From Eledone cirrhosa (lineage: Eukaryota): a stretch of 64,000 bases of DNA. A program made the position numbers and the translations under genes. Shown here piece by piece: positions 28,308-42,809 of the stretch (the first letter of the stretch is position 1; each line of letters starts with the position of its first letter). Under the pieces are notes generated by a model that was not told the DNA's origin, did no database searches, and saw nothing but the letters and a program-made list of their open reading frames with translations. The stretch is taken from the NCBI GenBank assembly GCA_964016885.1, contig OZ024742.1:236716001-236780000 (forward strand), given 5' to 3'.

Positions 28308-28832
28308 CGCGCGCGCGTGCGTGTGTGTATGTGTGCGTGTGTGTATGTGTGCGTGTGTGTATGTGCGCGCGTGTGTGTGTGTGTGTATGTGTGCGTGTGT
28401 GTATGTGCGCGCGCGTGTGTGTGTGTGTTCGTGTGTACATACACAGAAATCCAATACGACAAAGTCTTACTAATTTCACGCTTGTTGGAAAATGAAAATA
28501 AATGTTTTTAACATATCGAGCGTTAGGGATTCATCTGGAAAGAGCAGCGGAGGAGATGGAAACAAGGGAGACAGCAGTGTAAAAGTTGGGTAGAAGGTTG
28601 CGGATGATTAGTGCAGATCAAAAAGACCAGTGGTTAATCCGTGGGTAATCCATAGATGATACGAAGGGTGACCTGATAGAGTCCCTAGGAGACGGGAAGA
28701 TATCCAATACACATCCACTGAAATCACATACATGTGTGTTTGTATATGCTCGTATGAACATAGGTACCCAAGCATTCATACAAACAAATACACAGTACAC
28801 GCTTACACATACAGATATACACAGGCACACAC

Positions 28833-28947
<115 letters not shown>

Positions 28948-29760
28948 ATGTCCTTGATAATTTGCCTTCGATCATCTTAACGTAAAGGAGTAACGGGATG
29001 GACCTAAGATAACCTCAAGTGAATGGTTCTTCCAGCGCATCTCCCTTACCACCCTCCGGGGAAACGCTTTCTCCATTCTGTCCGCCGGGGCTGTAGGGCG
29101 GCCAGCATGCGGGACCCCATTTGCTCACAATACAGAGAGATGGGGAGGGCGAGAGAGATGGAGGCGATGACAGTGGGAGTTCGGCTGTTCCGTGTTGGGA
29201 CACATTGCACCTGTCATGTGGATCATGCGATATTTTTACTACAGAGGTTGTTGTGTCATTGAATATATTGATATTCGTATAAAACCCATCATTTTGATTT
29301 TCGCCAGGAGAGCGTTGGATTACATGTAATTTTACAATCGACCAGGAGTTGGGGATTTATCTAAACCTACTATCTGTCTATCCCCTTCATTTCAGCACAT
29401 CCTACCTTCCCGGTATCACCATACCTGCACAAAAACATGCACTCACACGCACGCACGCATGCACACATGTATACATATCTACCTAGTTGATGTTATCTAA
29501 AATCCAATGAAAGAGTCTTGTGTCTATGTTAGAAACGGACTCTCTCTCTATTGGTAAAAAATTAAATTATGAAACCAGAAGAGCATACATACATACACAC
29601 ATACATACATTCATACATACATTACATACACACACATACATAGCTACACATACACACATATATTCATACATACATACATACATACACACACACACATACA
29701 TAGCTACACATACACACATACATACATACACACACACACATACACGCGCACATACATACA

Positions 29761-30360
29761 TGGTGGCTGCCAACTCGTTTTCGAGTACGGCCACTACTTT
29801 ATATCCATGTAGGAGAACCCCTACCGATGCGCTGAACGAGTGTGACTTTTTAGTCCAGCCAGCGACTTGAAAACTCTGGTACAAACACTACACTTGTGAC
29901 AATTATTGACACATAGTGCTGGGCCCATGTGATGACAAGTGCAGAGAGATCTCCAGATATAAAGCAATGCCTGTGCCGTGAAGATTTTATAGTGAGCAAA
30001 GACACTTCACAAAGCCAGTCCCACTCTCTTAACCAAGATGATATTTACCAAAAAGAAGAACAAGTCAACATCATTGGATACCATCAGGGTTGCAGGTGTT
30101 ATATCAGAGTTTTCCTTCTCCTAGAATTTTGCCTTGACAAAGGCTAAGGGGTCATCTCTCCCGGTGATTTTGGATGGCCATTGACTCTTAAGAGCTCCTT
30201 TGCCCTTTGACAGGTTTTGTTTCTAGTCCTGCAGGATGTCCAAAGTCACCCTCCTCACCAAGAAACCTTGGTGGGGTTGCCAGTTTAGTCGCCAACGACC
30301 CGACCATGAGACAGGTTGTACTGGGATACATGTTACCAGTAGCACTAACTGGTGACCTGA
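29761..30360 (-). mobile_element. Bipartite non-autonomous RTE derivative (5' UTR fused to ORF C-terminus and 3' UTR) in (CATA)n
   Basis: Minus strand carries ctaggagaaggaaaactctg (RTE 5'UTR-like) and, at 29821-29898, HKCSVCTRVFKSLAGLKSHTRSAHR* (C2H2 finger like RTE C-termini); near-identical copies at 44229-44856 and 44898-45348. Confidence 0.75.
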
Positions 30361-30681
30361 CATACATACATACATACATACATACATACATACATACATA
30401 CATACATACACACATACATACAGGCTTACACAGATCCTATGAAGGAGCGTTTGTGTATTCTATACTCTATAGTCTATATTCTAGAGTTGTAATCCAATCA
30501 AAGAGAGTAAAAATTAAAAGGAAATTAAAAAGAAAATAGCAAAAATATATAAAATGAAAGAAAAACAAATGACATATTCTTGTCAGATAGCGAATGGGAT
30601 CAGACCTTGTAGAATCAGATTGCGGGTAGAGCACAATAGACTGCTTATGGAACTAACTAGATTGCTTCTTACTCCCACTCT

Positions 30682-30751
<70 letters not shown>

Positions 30752-30807
30752 ACATATATATATATATGTACATATAAATACACACACACACACATATATA
30801 TATATAA

Positions 30808-30872
<65 letters not shown>

Positions 30873-30875
<3 letters not shown>

Positions 30876-32163
30876 GAAATGTGTCCCAAAAGTAAAAGTA
30901 CTGATTCTCCTATGTACGACATGGTAACACAGCAGTTCGTTGATGTGAATCATCGTATTGGTTAGAATCTTGGCTGCACGTACATACTTGTTTCAAAATG
31001 ATTGATTGGGTCAGACGTGTGTTAATGCTCTTTATAATCTCTGTTACTTTTGCGATACCGTAAAATATTGAATTACGGGACACGATCAAGTTTTGTGTAA
31101 ACTCTACAAATCTGTCACCGAATTATTTAATTCTGGAACACAAAGTTATGGAGATGACACTCTATAAAATATAAGGTTTTTAAGTGATACAAACCCTTCA
31201 AAGAGGATCGAGAAAATGCTGAAAACGAATCTTATTCTGGAAGGTCAATCTTGTCAACAAATAAAACAAAATAAGGAAGTGTTACGAGCGGTGATTGCGA
31301 AAGACTGTCGATTAAGTGTTAGGATAATTGCAGGAGAAATGGGCTTGAATGAAATTGCAGAATTTTAACAAACCATTTGCACATGAGAAAAAATTGTGTA
31401 ACACTTGTGCCAAAACACTTGTCGGTAGAGCAAAAAGCAAATCGGTTGGTAAGTTGTCAGAATTTGTTAGAAAGACTCGAAATTGAGGCAAATTTTTAAT
31501 ATCAGGATATGAATCATGCGTGTTCGAGTACGATCCGGAGACAAAACGGCAAAGTGAGGAGTGGTGCACGAAAACTTTCCTCGAAAACTTTCCACGAAAA
31601 CTTTCCTCGTCCGAAGAAAGCACGCATGAGCAGATCCAGGGTAAAGATGATGATACCATTTTTTCGAGAGCCGTGGTATTGTTCACAAATAATTTTTGCC
31701 TCCAGGGCAGACAGTTAATCCCACCTTCTACAAAGATGTCATGGAAAGAATTTCGAAAACGAGTTCAGCAAGTCTGAAAAGACATTGCAGGAGATTGGGT
31801 CCTGCAGCACAATAACACGCCTACTCAGTCAGCACTTTCAATTAGAGAATTTCTGGCAAAGACCCCCACACACACACACACACACAAACTCGTCTACATC
31901 TTCCCTACAACCCAGATCTAGCTCGTGTGATGTTTTAGTTAAAATCGTAGGATCATCATTTCATTTTGGGACTGTGGTAAACACAACAAATTGCAACCGA
32001 CGAGCTAATGACATTTACAAAAAGTACTTTTGGTAATGCAACGATGGAACCACTGTGTCTTCCCAATGGTCGTATTTTGAAGGAGATAATTTGTAATTTT
32101 ATGTATGTCTAATATACTTTTAAATATAATATTAGTACCTTTAATTTTGGGGCAAACTTAGTA
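30873..32163 (+). mobile_element. Mariner transposon, full-length but degenerate
   Basis: TIRs cacgaaatgtgtcccaaaagtaaaagtactgat / attagtacctttaattttggggcaaacttagta; ~1.3 kb; YDPETKRQSEEW and PYNPDLARVM (YSPDLAP-like) remnants. Confidence 0.9.
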
Positions 32164-32171
32164 TATTTATG

Positions 32172-33120
<949 letters not shown>

Positions 33121-33143
33121 CTCCTACATATCTCCTATATATA

Positions 33144-33179
<36 letters not shown>

Positions 33180-33579
33180 AGATAATTGTAAGATATGCAC
33201 TCAGTATTTTGAATCTGTCTGCAGAATTCTCTAGACCTTTGTCACTTAGTAGAACCTTAATGATATTAGCTTTTAAAGAATCTCCCTTTTCTTTAATTCT
33301 ATCGACCATGACTGACCCCCCACTGATTTTATAGACATCTGTTAGCTTAAGAGAAACTTATTGACAAGGAATGGTATGCCATCCGGAACCTGTTTATAGA
33401 ATTCTGTCTGCCTTTGTTACTCTAAAAACATAAATAAATAAAAATAAACTATAGCTTTGTAGAATTAGCTTTTAATGAATTCCCTTTTCTATCAACCAAT
33501 GACCTGCACCCATCCCACTCCCCACCCTCTCCTACCACTTGTAGAGACCTATAAATACCATATTTATTTTTTGATACCC

Positions 33580-33630
33580 AGATTCCTGATGATTTCTAAT
33601 GAATGAAACAGTTCTAGTCCTGTAGAATCT
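33580..33630 (+). ncRNA. Type I hammerhead in a (TA)n-flanked element (~33177-33715)
   Basis: AGATTC-CTGATGA-tTTC taat GAAt-GAA-ACAG ttctagtc CTGT-A-GAATCT. Confidence 0.82.
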
Positions 33631-33924
33631 CATCTATATTAAAACTTTTATACTCTGCTATGTATTGAGTACCTTACTTACTGTGGTTACCTCCGATTCA
33701 ACCCGGAATAACGTATATTTATATATATATTACTTGATCGTTTTTATGGCTATGTGAATGATTGTTTAACCATCGTCTCAGTGTGTTTGGCCTTTAACAT
33801 TTGTTATAGCTCTGGTTCATCTGAATCATTGAGCACTTGCCATACATCTCGGAGGTTGTTTTTCGTTATTTCGTGGGCCGAAATGCGATTCTCGATAATT
33901 TATGTTTATATATATATATATATA

Positions 33925-34367
33925 TTAATTCAAAATATTAATAAATATAGACATTCATGTAATCAAATATATTTTATTATATATATTTCGGAGGTACTGT
34001 GCTGTTTCCTCAGTACGTCCTCATAAAATAAAATATATAAATTGATGTATGACATACCTCATCTTTGCTGATGGTTCAATTCCAGTCTTGGCAGTAGATT
34101 TGCCAAGACTGGAATTGAACCATCAGCACAGTTGAAGTATGTCATATATCAATGTATATATTTTATCTGATGAGGACGTACTTAGGAAACAGCACAGTGC
34201 CCCCGAAATATATATAATAAAATATATTTGATTACATGAATGTCTATATTTATAAATATTTAGAATTAATATTAATAACTCCAGAAAACTTTTTCTGTTG
34301 AGTGCTTCTAATCTATTGTAAAACTATATTCATTGATTAATCAATGAACCTTGTTCAACTTTTGGTT
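33925..34367. mobile_element. Foldback element (family G) with hammerhead at 34156-34227 (+)
   Basis: ATATATTTTAT-CTGATGA-GG..GTACT...AGTGC.CC-GAA-ATATATAT-A-ATAAAATATAT; central perfect IR 34066-34129; homolog at 59760-60195. Confidence 0.88.
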
Positions 34368-34384
34368 ATATATATATATATATA

Positions 34385-35764
34385 TCCAGGATCGGGGGGA
34401 GGAGTTGCTGTGCTTTTTCGGAGAGGCTTGGATCTCGCCATACGGGCCATCTTCCTGGACCCAGAAGGTAAGTCGGTGGTGCTGGATGTGACCAGCAGCG
34501 AAGGCAATGCTTTCAGGCTAGTAGCCGTCTACGCCCCAACAGGGGCAGGACGGTCAGATTTCTTCAGTCGTCTAGAGACCTTTCTTGGAACGTCCCGCTC
34601 TTTAGTGTTAGTAGGCGACTGGAACGGTATCTTAGATGCACGCTGGGATTATGTGGGGCTAGTAGACAGGGCAGGAGGGTGTAAAAGCCTCAACAACCTG
34701 CTCAGACGTTTTTAACTGCCTGACAGGTATAGACTGGATTATCCGAATGTGCCAATGTGGACATGGGCAAACCGTGTCGGGTCATCCAGATCGTATTTAG
34801 ATAGGGTATTCTGTAGGGAAGCAGATAAGGCTAGTGTAGGTTGTTCATAATTTAAAGTAGTCGACTACACGGACCACAAATTTGTGATCCGTTAAGTTGA
34901 CTTAGATAAACTCCATAGACAAGGGCCCGGTTACTGGAAGCTGAACGCGTCGTTCCCGGCGCGCAAAGCTTACAGAGACCGGATTAGCGAATTAGTTAAG
35001 CGTGCGTTGACGGGTGCGATCATCAACAACAGGTGGTGGTTTACCATGAAAAGGGCTATGAGAGTAGAATCGATAAGGTTTAGCAAAGGAGTAGTGATAG
35101 AGGAAAATAAAGTAGAGGGAGAGTTAGTTAGAAAGCTAGAAGAGGCGTTTAGAACAGGCATCGCAACCGACGTGCTTGCGGCGAGATTGGCACTCGACCA
35201 ATTCTTCAACGCAAAGCATAAAGGCTGCGTTTTCAGAGATAGAGCGCGTGCTCTAAGACACGAGGGGACGAAAGCCGTTCAATGGGCCCGGGTGGTGGAG
35301 GCGCGACGTGGCAGCAAATCCACAATTCAGTCTTTGCCTGATCAAAACGGGCGCATGTTGCTTGAACACGAGCAGATGTGTGCGCCTTTTCAACAGCACT
35401 TTGCTCAATCGTTCGGGAGCTGCGGCAGGCCGGATCGAAGTATGTACTTCGGTGCATACCTTGACGGACTGCCGCGGCTCTCGACGACCACAGCTCAGTG
35501 CTGCGAAAAGCCGATAACAGCAGGTGAAATACGGGAAGCGATGTCTGACTGCACGAGGGGTAAATCGCCAGGTTTGGATGGTCTGGCCTTACAAGCTTTA
35601 TGCGTATATGCGAGACTTGTTCGGCGACCTCTTGGCAGATGTCTACTGCAACTGGCAGCAGAACGGGAACATTCCCAGTTTTGTGAGCGGTGGCGCTGCT
35701 GAGAAAGGACCCGAACAAGGGGGTCATTATAGACAACTTCAACTGGTGCCCAATAAAGAAACCA
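34385..35764 (+). mobile_element. L1/Tx1-like LINE copy: APE endonuclease and start of RT region joined to a 3' terminus
   Basis: GGGVAVLF, LVAVYAPTG, VLVGDWNGILD, YWKLNAS, KSPGLDGL; ends ccaataaagaaaccattatt. Confidence 0.9.
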
Positions 35765-35920
35765 TTATTATTATTATCATTATTATTATGATGAGTTCAA
35801 ATCCCGCCGAGGTTGACTTTGCCTTTCATCCTTACGGGGTCGATAAAATAAAGTACCAGTAATGCACTGGGTAATTGCTGGCCTTGTGCTAAAGTAGAAA
35901 CAATTATTATTATTATTATT

Positions 35921-38590
35921 GCGACCGACGTGCTTGCGGCGAAATTGGCCCTTCACCAATTCTTCAATGCAAAGCACGAAGGCTGCGTTGTCAGAGCTAG
36001 GGTGCGTGCTCTCAGACACGAGGGGACGAAAGCCGTTCAATGGGCACGATCCGGTCTTTGGTGGACCACGACGGGCGCATGCTACTAGATCCCGGGAAAA
36101 TGTGTGAAGCTTTTCAGCGACACTTCGCTCAGCTGTTCGGGGGCAGAGGTGGGCCGGGTCGAGGGATGGACTTTAGTGTCTACCTCGACGGACTGTCGCG
36201 GCTCTCGGCCACTGAGGCGGAGTGTTGCGAAAAGTCGATAACAGCCGCTGAAGTACGGGAGGCAATGACTGGCTGCACAAGGGTTAAATCGCCTGGTTTA
36301 GATATTCTGCCCTATGAACTTTACGTACAGATGCCAGACTTGTTCGGAGGCCTCTTGGCGGACGTCTACTGCAACTGGCAACAGAACGGGAGAATTTCCC
36401 AGCTCTGTAAGCCGAGGAGCGGTGGCACTGCTGAGAAAGGATCCGAACAAGGGGGATAACATAGATAATTTCCGGCCCATAATTCTGCTAAACACAGAGT
36501 TCAAGATTTTGGCCAAGGTGCTAGCAAAGAGGTTGGCGCTTGTCGTTGGTGGTCTGGTGGGAGAGGCGCAGACATGCGCCATTCCCGACAGATCCATCCA
36601 CGACAACCGCTACCTCATGCGATACATCGTAGAGAGGGTAGCTAGGGAACCTGGCACGGGTGGGTCCTTGATCAATTTAGATCAGTCGAAAGCTTTCGAT
36701 AGGGTCGACCATCGTTACCTAGCGGCAGTCCTGAGGGTGGCTGGCTTTGGCCCCGTCTTCAGAGGCTGGATCGCTGTCATGCACAGCGACATCTGCTCTG
36801 TGGTGACAGTGAACGGTCACCTTTCGGAACCGTTCAACATCATGCGCTCGGTCCGCCAAGGATGTCCCCTCTCGTCCCTCTTGTACGTATTGACTCTCGA
36901 GCCATTACTGCACAAACTGGAGACGTTGAGGGGCGTCCCGCGCGAACTAGGATGCGGAAGATCCGTGTCAGCATATGCGAACGATGTCACCGTAGTGGTG
37001 TCGAACGCCAAACACATCGAGGCGATCGGCACTACACTAAGAGAATACGAAGCGGTGACAGGAACAATGATCAACCAGGAAAAGTCAGTGGGCCTGCAGC
37101 TCGGCACCTAGAGAGGCAGGTCCATGCCGTCAAACAGCGTCGTCGGACGCTGGACGGACGGACCGGTTAAATTGCTAGGAGTCTGGTTCGGTCCGGACCT
37201 CCAGACGGACAAAAACTGGGACGAGGTGACGAGCAGGGTGGCTTCTCTCACCCAGAAATGGGCCGAGAGGAAGCTATCCCTGAAAGGTCGAGCGGAGGTG
37301 GCTAACGCGTACATCGCGTCTGTCATCTGCTACCGCCTGACCGTCGTACCTTGTCCTAAGCCTCGACTGACTACGCTGGAGCGTTTGCTCTTTCGCTTTT
37401 AGTGGAAGGGACGCGCTCCGATGGTCAGGCGGTCCATCTGTTGTCAACACCCGCTACGTGGATGGCTGGGCATGCCGTGGCTGATGATGCGCAGGCACGC
37501 GCTTAGGCTACGACATCTCCACCTCTTCCTCGACGGTGATCAGGTGTGGTCGCCGTTTGCTAGACACGTATTTCCCCAGCTCGTCTCCTTGACGGAGCTG
37601 CAGTCCTGGGTCAAGCGAAGACCGGGAGGGAGCGCCTGGAGACTGGAATGTCTTCAGGCGCTCACAGCCCTCGACCAATCGGGCAATGTGATCGGTGGAA
37701 ACTCCACCTCGGCGTTCTATAGAGGATTAGTGGAGGGGAAGAGCGACGACGTACTTGGGGAAACTCTAGGCGTCGACGAAAATCAACTAGCCAATCTCTT
37801 CGGAAGAACTTTCGGGCCAGGGCCTATGGACAACTTCCAGAAATCTCTGGCCTGGCAGTGCTACCGAGGAGCCTTGCCAGTTCGGGATAAACTCTACAGG
37901 CATGGAGGTGCCGTCAGCCGGGCATGTCCGAGATGCGCGCAGGGCGACGAAACCGTCCTGCACGCACTCGTCCAGTGTCCTAAAATTGCTGACTTGTGGG
38001 TTTATGTCGAACACCTGCTGTCGCGTGTAGGACGGATCCGGCTATCATCTGAGTCCATCGTGAGGATTGTCCTGCCCTCCTCCTTTAGCCGGGAAGGGCA
38101 GGCAGTTTTTATCTGTCTGGTGGCCATGGCGAAAGAGATAGTATGGTGGACACGTTTGAAAGGGCTGAAGACGAGCACTTACCTCTTCGGTGATGCTCTG
38201 ATTGACTTTTTCAAATTTCATTTGAAAAGGAAAATCAGAGTAGAGAGGGAAGTGCTCTCTTCCCAGCATTTTGTTGAAAGATGGGTGAGAGAAGCAAGAA
38301 TGGCCCGAGTGAATGGGCCTACTCTGAGTATATATCTGTAAATTAAAGGTGGAAAACTGGGAGAGGGCACTTGCCTTGGTGGTCAGGGTCACTGTGGCCT
38401 TTTACTGGGCTTTCTCCACAAATGTCCCACCGAAGTCACCCCCTATTGGGGAATTTTTCATTGTTATTTTTTTGTTACACCCTCTGTTTTTGTTTTTTAC
38501 ACGCAGAAATGCCCATTTGTACCGTCCTGTATTGTCCTGTACTGTCCTTAATGTATACTTTATGTAAACCCTTGTGGTTAATAAAGAAAA

Positions 38591-38592
<2 letters not shown>
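35921..38592 (+). mobile_element. L1/Tx1-like LINE, 5'-truncated: RT, zinc-binding C-terminus, 3' UTR, (ATT)n
   Basis: NFRPIILLNTEFKILAK, LDQSKAFDRVDH, VRQGCPLS, AYANDV (YADD mutated), CPRCAQGDETVLHALVQC; stops and frameshifts. Confidence 0.95.
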
Positions 38593-38621
<29 letters not shown>

Positions 38622-38633
38622 GTTATTACTCCT

Positions 38634-39252
38634 TGAGTCTCAGTCATTGATGTTAGTTAACTGGAAAGTTTGTTGGAATGAATATCAAGCCACTACCTGC
38701 AACCTCAGATATTCAGGACGTATCGGAGGGTTCTTGCTGTTCCCAGCAAGCATGCCTTTTGAAGCGTTCCAAAAAGCGTGAAGGGGCCGATTTTCTTTAA
38801 CCATCCCTGGAAACTTTTGGAGATAGTCCCCAGTGCGCCTATGACAATCGGGATCACTTTGACTTCATGGCAGTTCCAAATCTTTTTACCTCCCACTTTA
38901 AGTCCTGGTATCGGTTAATTTTCTCCCTCTCCTTCTCTTGCACTCTCGTGTCGAATGGGCAGGCCACATCCACAATCAGGCACGATCTTTTTTCTTTGTC
39001 CACAACCACCAGGTCAGGTCTATTGTGTTCCAGTTTCTTGTCCGTCTGTATCCTAAAATCCCACAGCATCTTCACCTGATCGTTCTCTATCACCGCCTCT
39101 TGCTTATGCTCATACCATTTCTCAGAATGTGGTAAATTGTTTACTTTGTACAGGTGCCAGTGGATCACCCTGCCCATCACATCATGTCTCCAGCCCTTAT
39201 AGTGGGTCTGGGCTAGGTGTTTACACTCGGATACAATGTGAGCCACAGTCTC
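38634..39252 (-). mobile_element. R4/Dong-like non-LTR element, restriction-like endonuclease end
   Basis: HIVSEC..RHD..HW; HNRPDLVVVDK..LIVDVACPFD..EKINRYQDL; VIPIVIGALG; LQKACLLGTARTLR; 3' end abuts (TAA)n. Confidence 0.9.
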
Positions 39253-39257
39253 CTCTC

Positions 39258-39795
39258 TCTAGTACATACGTATGCCCCGACGGACATACACATACATACG
39301 CACACACAAATACATACACACCCACAAACACACACACGCAGGCACTCACGCAGGCACGCACGCACGCAGGCACGCACGCACGCGCGCGTATGTATAAAGC
39401 TTATGCATTTCTATAGTATTTTCACCAAACTTGATGGGCACTTTCATTTTTCCAGATACTGATTATAGCGCCTCCCGGCAGATAACCCCCTTTAACCACT
39501 TCCTTGGAGTCGACTAAAGAACTGCAGTGCAATGCAACAAAACGTCATAACTTCTGGAGTTCGCAACCGATTTTCACAAAACTTGACACATGGGCTACGT
39601 TTGTCCTACAGATGAATGTGAACTCCCAGAATTGGCACATATTGAGTAGGGGACCTCTGGGGGGCAGGAACTCACTTTTGAAAGAAGCCGATGATTTTGT
39701 AAAAATATAGTTTTCGAAGCAGCACTGAAGTATTGACATAAATGGTATACACAACTACTATTTAATACCCGAGCAAGGCCGGGTACCTCTGCTAG
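39258..39795 (+). mobile_element. Non-autonomous Helitron-like element
   Basis: 5' TC, internal microsatellite, repeated ttttcac.aaacttga, subterminal hairpin tacccg agcaaggc cgggta and terminal CTAG followed by T. Confidence 0.6.
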
Positions 39796-39832
39796 TATAT
39801 ATATATATATATATAATAATATATATAATAAT

Positions 39833-39927
<95 letters not shown>

Positions 39928-39946
39928 ATATATATATATAATATGT

Positions 39947-40710
39947 ATAAGCTCTACAGGCACGGAAGTGCCGTTAGCCGAGCCTGTCCGAGATGCGCGC
40001 AGAGCTACGAAACCGTCGTGCACGCACTCGTTCAGTGCCCGGGCATTGCTGACTTGTGGAGCTGTGTCGAACAGTTGCTGTCGCGTGTAGGACTGATCCG
40101 GTTATCGACTGAGTCCATTGTGCAGATTGTCACGCCGTCTTCCTTCGAGGAGGAAGGGCAGGCGGTTTTCATCTGCCTGGTGGCCATGGCGAAAGAGATT
40201 GTGTGGTGGACAAGGTTGAAAGGGTTAAAGACAGACACTTTCCTCTTCGGCGAATCCCTAATTAACTTTTTCAAGTTTCATTTGAAGAGGAAAATCAGGG
40301 TGGAGAGGGAAGTGCTGCTTTCTAGCAAGTTTGTTGAAAGGTGGGTGAATGTAGCGAGAATGGTCCGAGTGAACGGGACCGCCCTGAATATACGTCTGTA
40401 GTTTGAGAAATGGAAACATTGAGAGAGGGCGCTTGCCCTGGTGGTCAGGGTGGACGTGGTCTTTTGTCTGGTTTTCGCCACGAGTAACCCTCGGAGGTTT
40501 CCCCCCTATTGGGGAATTTTTCATTGTTTGAATTTTCATTTTTATTGTTTATATATATATATGTTTCTACGTCTTTTTTTCTTTTTCGTTTCTTATATAA
40601 ATAATAAAAATATTTACACGCACAAAACCCACATCGTACCGTCCTGTACCGTCCTGTGCCGTCTGTATTATTTTTCTTGATGTCAGCCCTTGTGGCCGAT
40701 AAAGAAATCA
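39947..40710 (+). mobile_element. L1/Tx1-like LINE 3' fragment
   Basis: CPRCAQSYETVVHALVQC...; homologous to 37885-38592; (ATT)n tail. Confidence 0.92.
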
Positions 40711-41018
40711 TTATTATTATTATTATTATCATTTTCAAAGGTTATTTTGATTGGATGTATTCAAGGGCGGCGTATTGGCTGAACCGGTAGACCGTCAGAC
40801 ACCATGCTTTGCAGCATAGAGTTATGGCCCTTTACATTCCGAGTTCAAATTCCACCGAGGTTAGCTTTTCCTTTCATCCTTAAGGGGTCGATACAATAAA
40901 GCACCAGTAATGCACTGGGGTCGATTTAATCGACTTTCCCCTCCCCAAAAATTGCTGGCCTTGTGCCTATAATAGAAATCATCATTATTATTGTTGTTGT
41001 TGTTGCTGTTATTATTAT

Positions 41019-41630
41019 TTCGTTTAGATCTGTTATGTTCTCTATTGCCGGATTCAGGCCTTGAACCCCGGCATTAGAGATTTTCATTGTAGAGAGAGAA
41101 ATTCGTCTGAAAATGCGATCTGATCTTACAGGGAAGGACGCTAAAGTGCAGGTCTCATGATTTGCATATTTATCAGTGCTCCTATTACCACAGGGATAGT
41201 GTTTGTTGTCATTCTCCATATGCGTTTGATCTCTATTTCCAGACATTTGACAGTTTTTCCATTGTTTTTACTGATGTATTCTTGTCAGCTGGCACAGCAA
41301 TATCTATAAGGTTACATGTTCGATACGTTTTATTTTTTATGATGATATCTAATCTGTTGGCAGCAATTTCTCGGTCGGTTATCACAGGCATATCCCACAA
41401 GATGGATATGTTGCTATTTTTCATGACTTTTTTGGTTGATGTTCATACCATTTGTCAGAAGTTTGGATGTCATGAGAGCGGCAGAGCATCCAGTGCACAT
41501 ATTTGGCAATGCGGTTGTATCTTTCTATATAATCAGTTTTTACCACCTCTGGACACCCGGACATAACATGCTCTACCGTTTCTTTGTATTTGTAGCATAT
41601 TCTGCATATTCTGTATTGTTTCCTATATGA
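41019..41630 (-). mobile_element. R4/Dong-like RLE fragment
   Basis: CRIC...ETVEHVMSGC...YVHW; ILWDMPVITDREIAANRLDIII...IDIAVPAD. Confidence 0.88.
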
Positions 41631-42778
41631 TGGCCTTTGTGGCCAATAAATGAAACCATTATTATTTTTTTCTTCTCCTTCTTCTTGACCCTTTACGTTC
41701 TGAGATGATATCCAGCCGAGGTTAACTTTGCCTTTCATCCTTACGTGGGCGATAAAATAAAGTACCAGTATCGCACTGGGGTCGATCCAATCAACTTTTT
41801 CCTTCCCCAAAACGGGTGGCCTTGTGCCTAAATACGAAACCATTATTGAGGGCGGTGGATTGGCAGCATCAGTTGGGTGTCGGACAACATGGTTTGTGGC
41901 ATAGAGTTACGACCCTTTACCTTCTGAGTTCTAATCCCGCCAAGGTTAGCTTTGGCTTTCATCCTTACAGTAGTAGCAGTAGCAACAACAGCAGCAACAG
42001 TAGTAGCAGTAGCAACAGCAGCAAAAACAACAACACAATACGAGAAAATTATGAAACATATTTCCCGTTGCTAAAATTTTCAACACCACCATCACCATAA
42101 CAAAATACAACAAAAATACTAGTAATAAACCTAACACCACCAATACCAACACTAGCACAAACAACACCACCACCACCTAAGCCGACATAGCAGTCCCGCC
42201 TGAGGTGTTGGCAGCAACTGCCAAAAAAACTCTTGCATATAATTGTATTTCGGTACAACCCAAACGGCCAGAGACAGTATCTTCTCATAAAGTGAAAGAG
42301 TATTGACAACCATATTGTCGGACATGACTCTGGGATGCTGCCGCCAATAATTACCCAACCCTCCACGTCACCAGGAAAGTATTTGGTTATGTTAACAAAG
42401 TTTTCCGGACACCCTACCTAACATGACAAGGATCTTCAACGGAGCAGCTCAATTCACCACACCAAAGGCTTTTTTTAACATTTATTTTGATTTTATGTTC
42501 TGTAAACATTACATCGATGGTTTGAACAGGGTGATTTTAGGGTTCCTATCTACTTCTCTGAGGTTCTCATTGATGTCTTTAGGGACTGTAATGAAGATAT
42601 CTGCACCAGGTATGGCTCTGTTGGAAAGTTTTACGCAGATGGCCAAAAGCTCCTAATCCATACTTTTCCATATTTGCGAAGTGCAATTAACTAATACTCA
42701 AAATTAGATGATTAAACTGCCTCACATATCGAAAAAAAAAAAAAAAGCGACCGAGACTACATACATATGCAAAAATCT

Positions 42779-42809
<31 letters not shown>

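Noticed and set aside
36314-38341. Active LINE ORF2
   Set aside because: Frameshifts, stops, YADD mutated to YAND, and 5' truncation.
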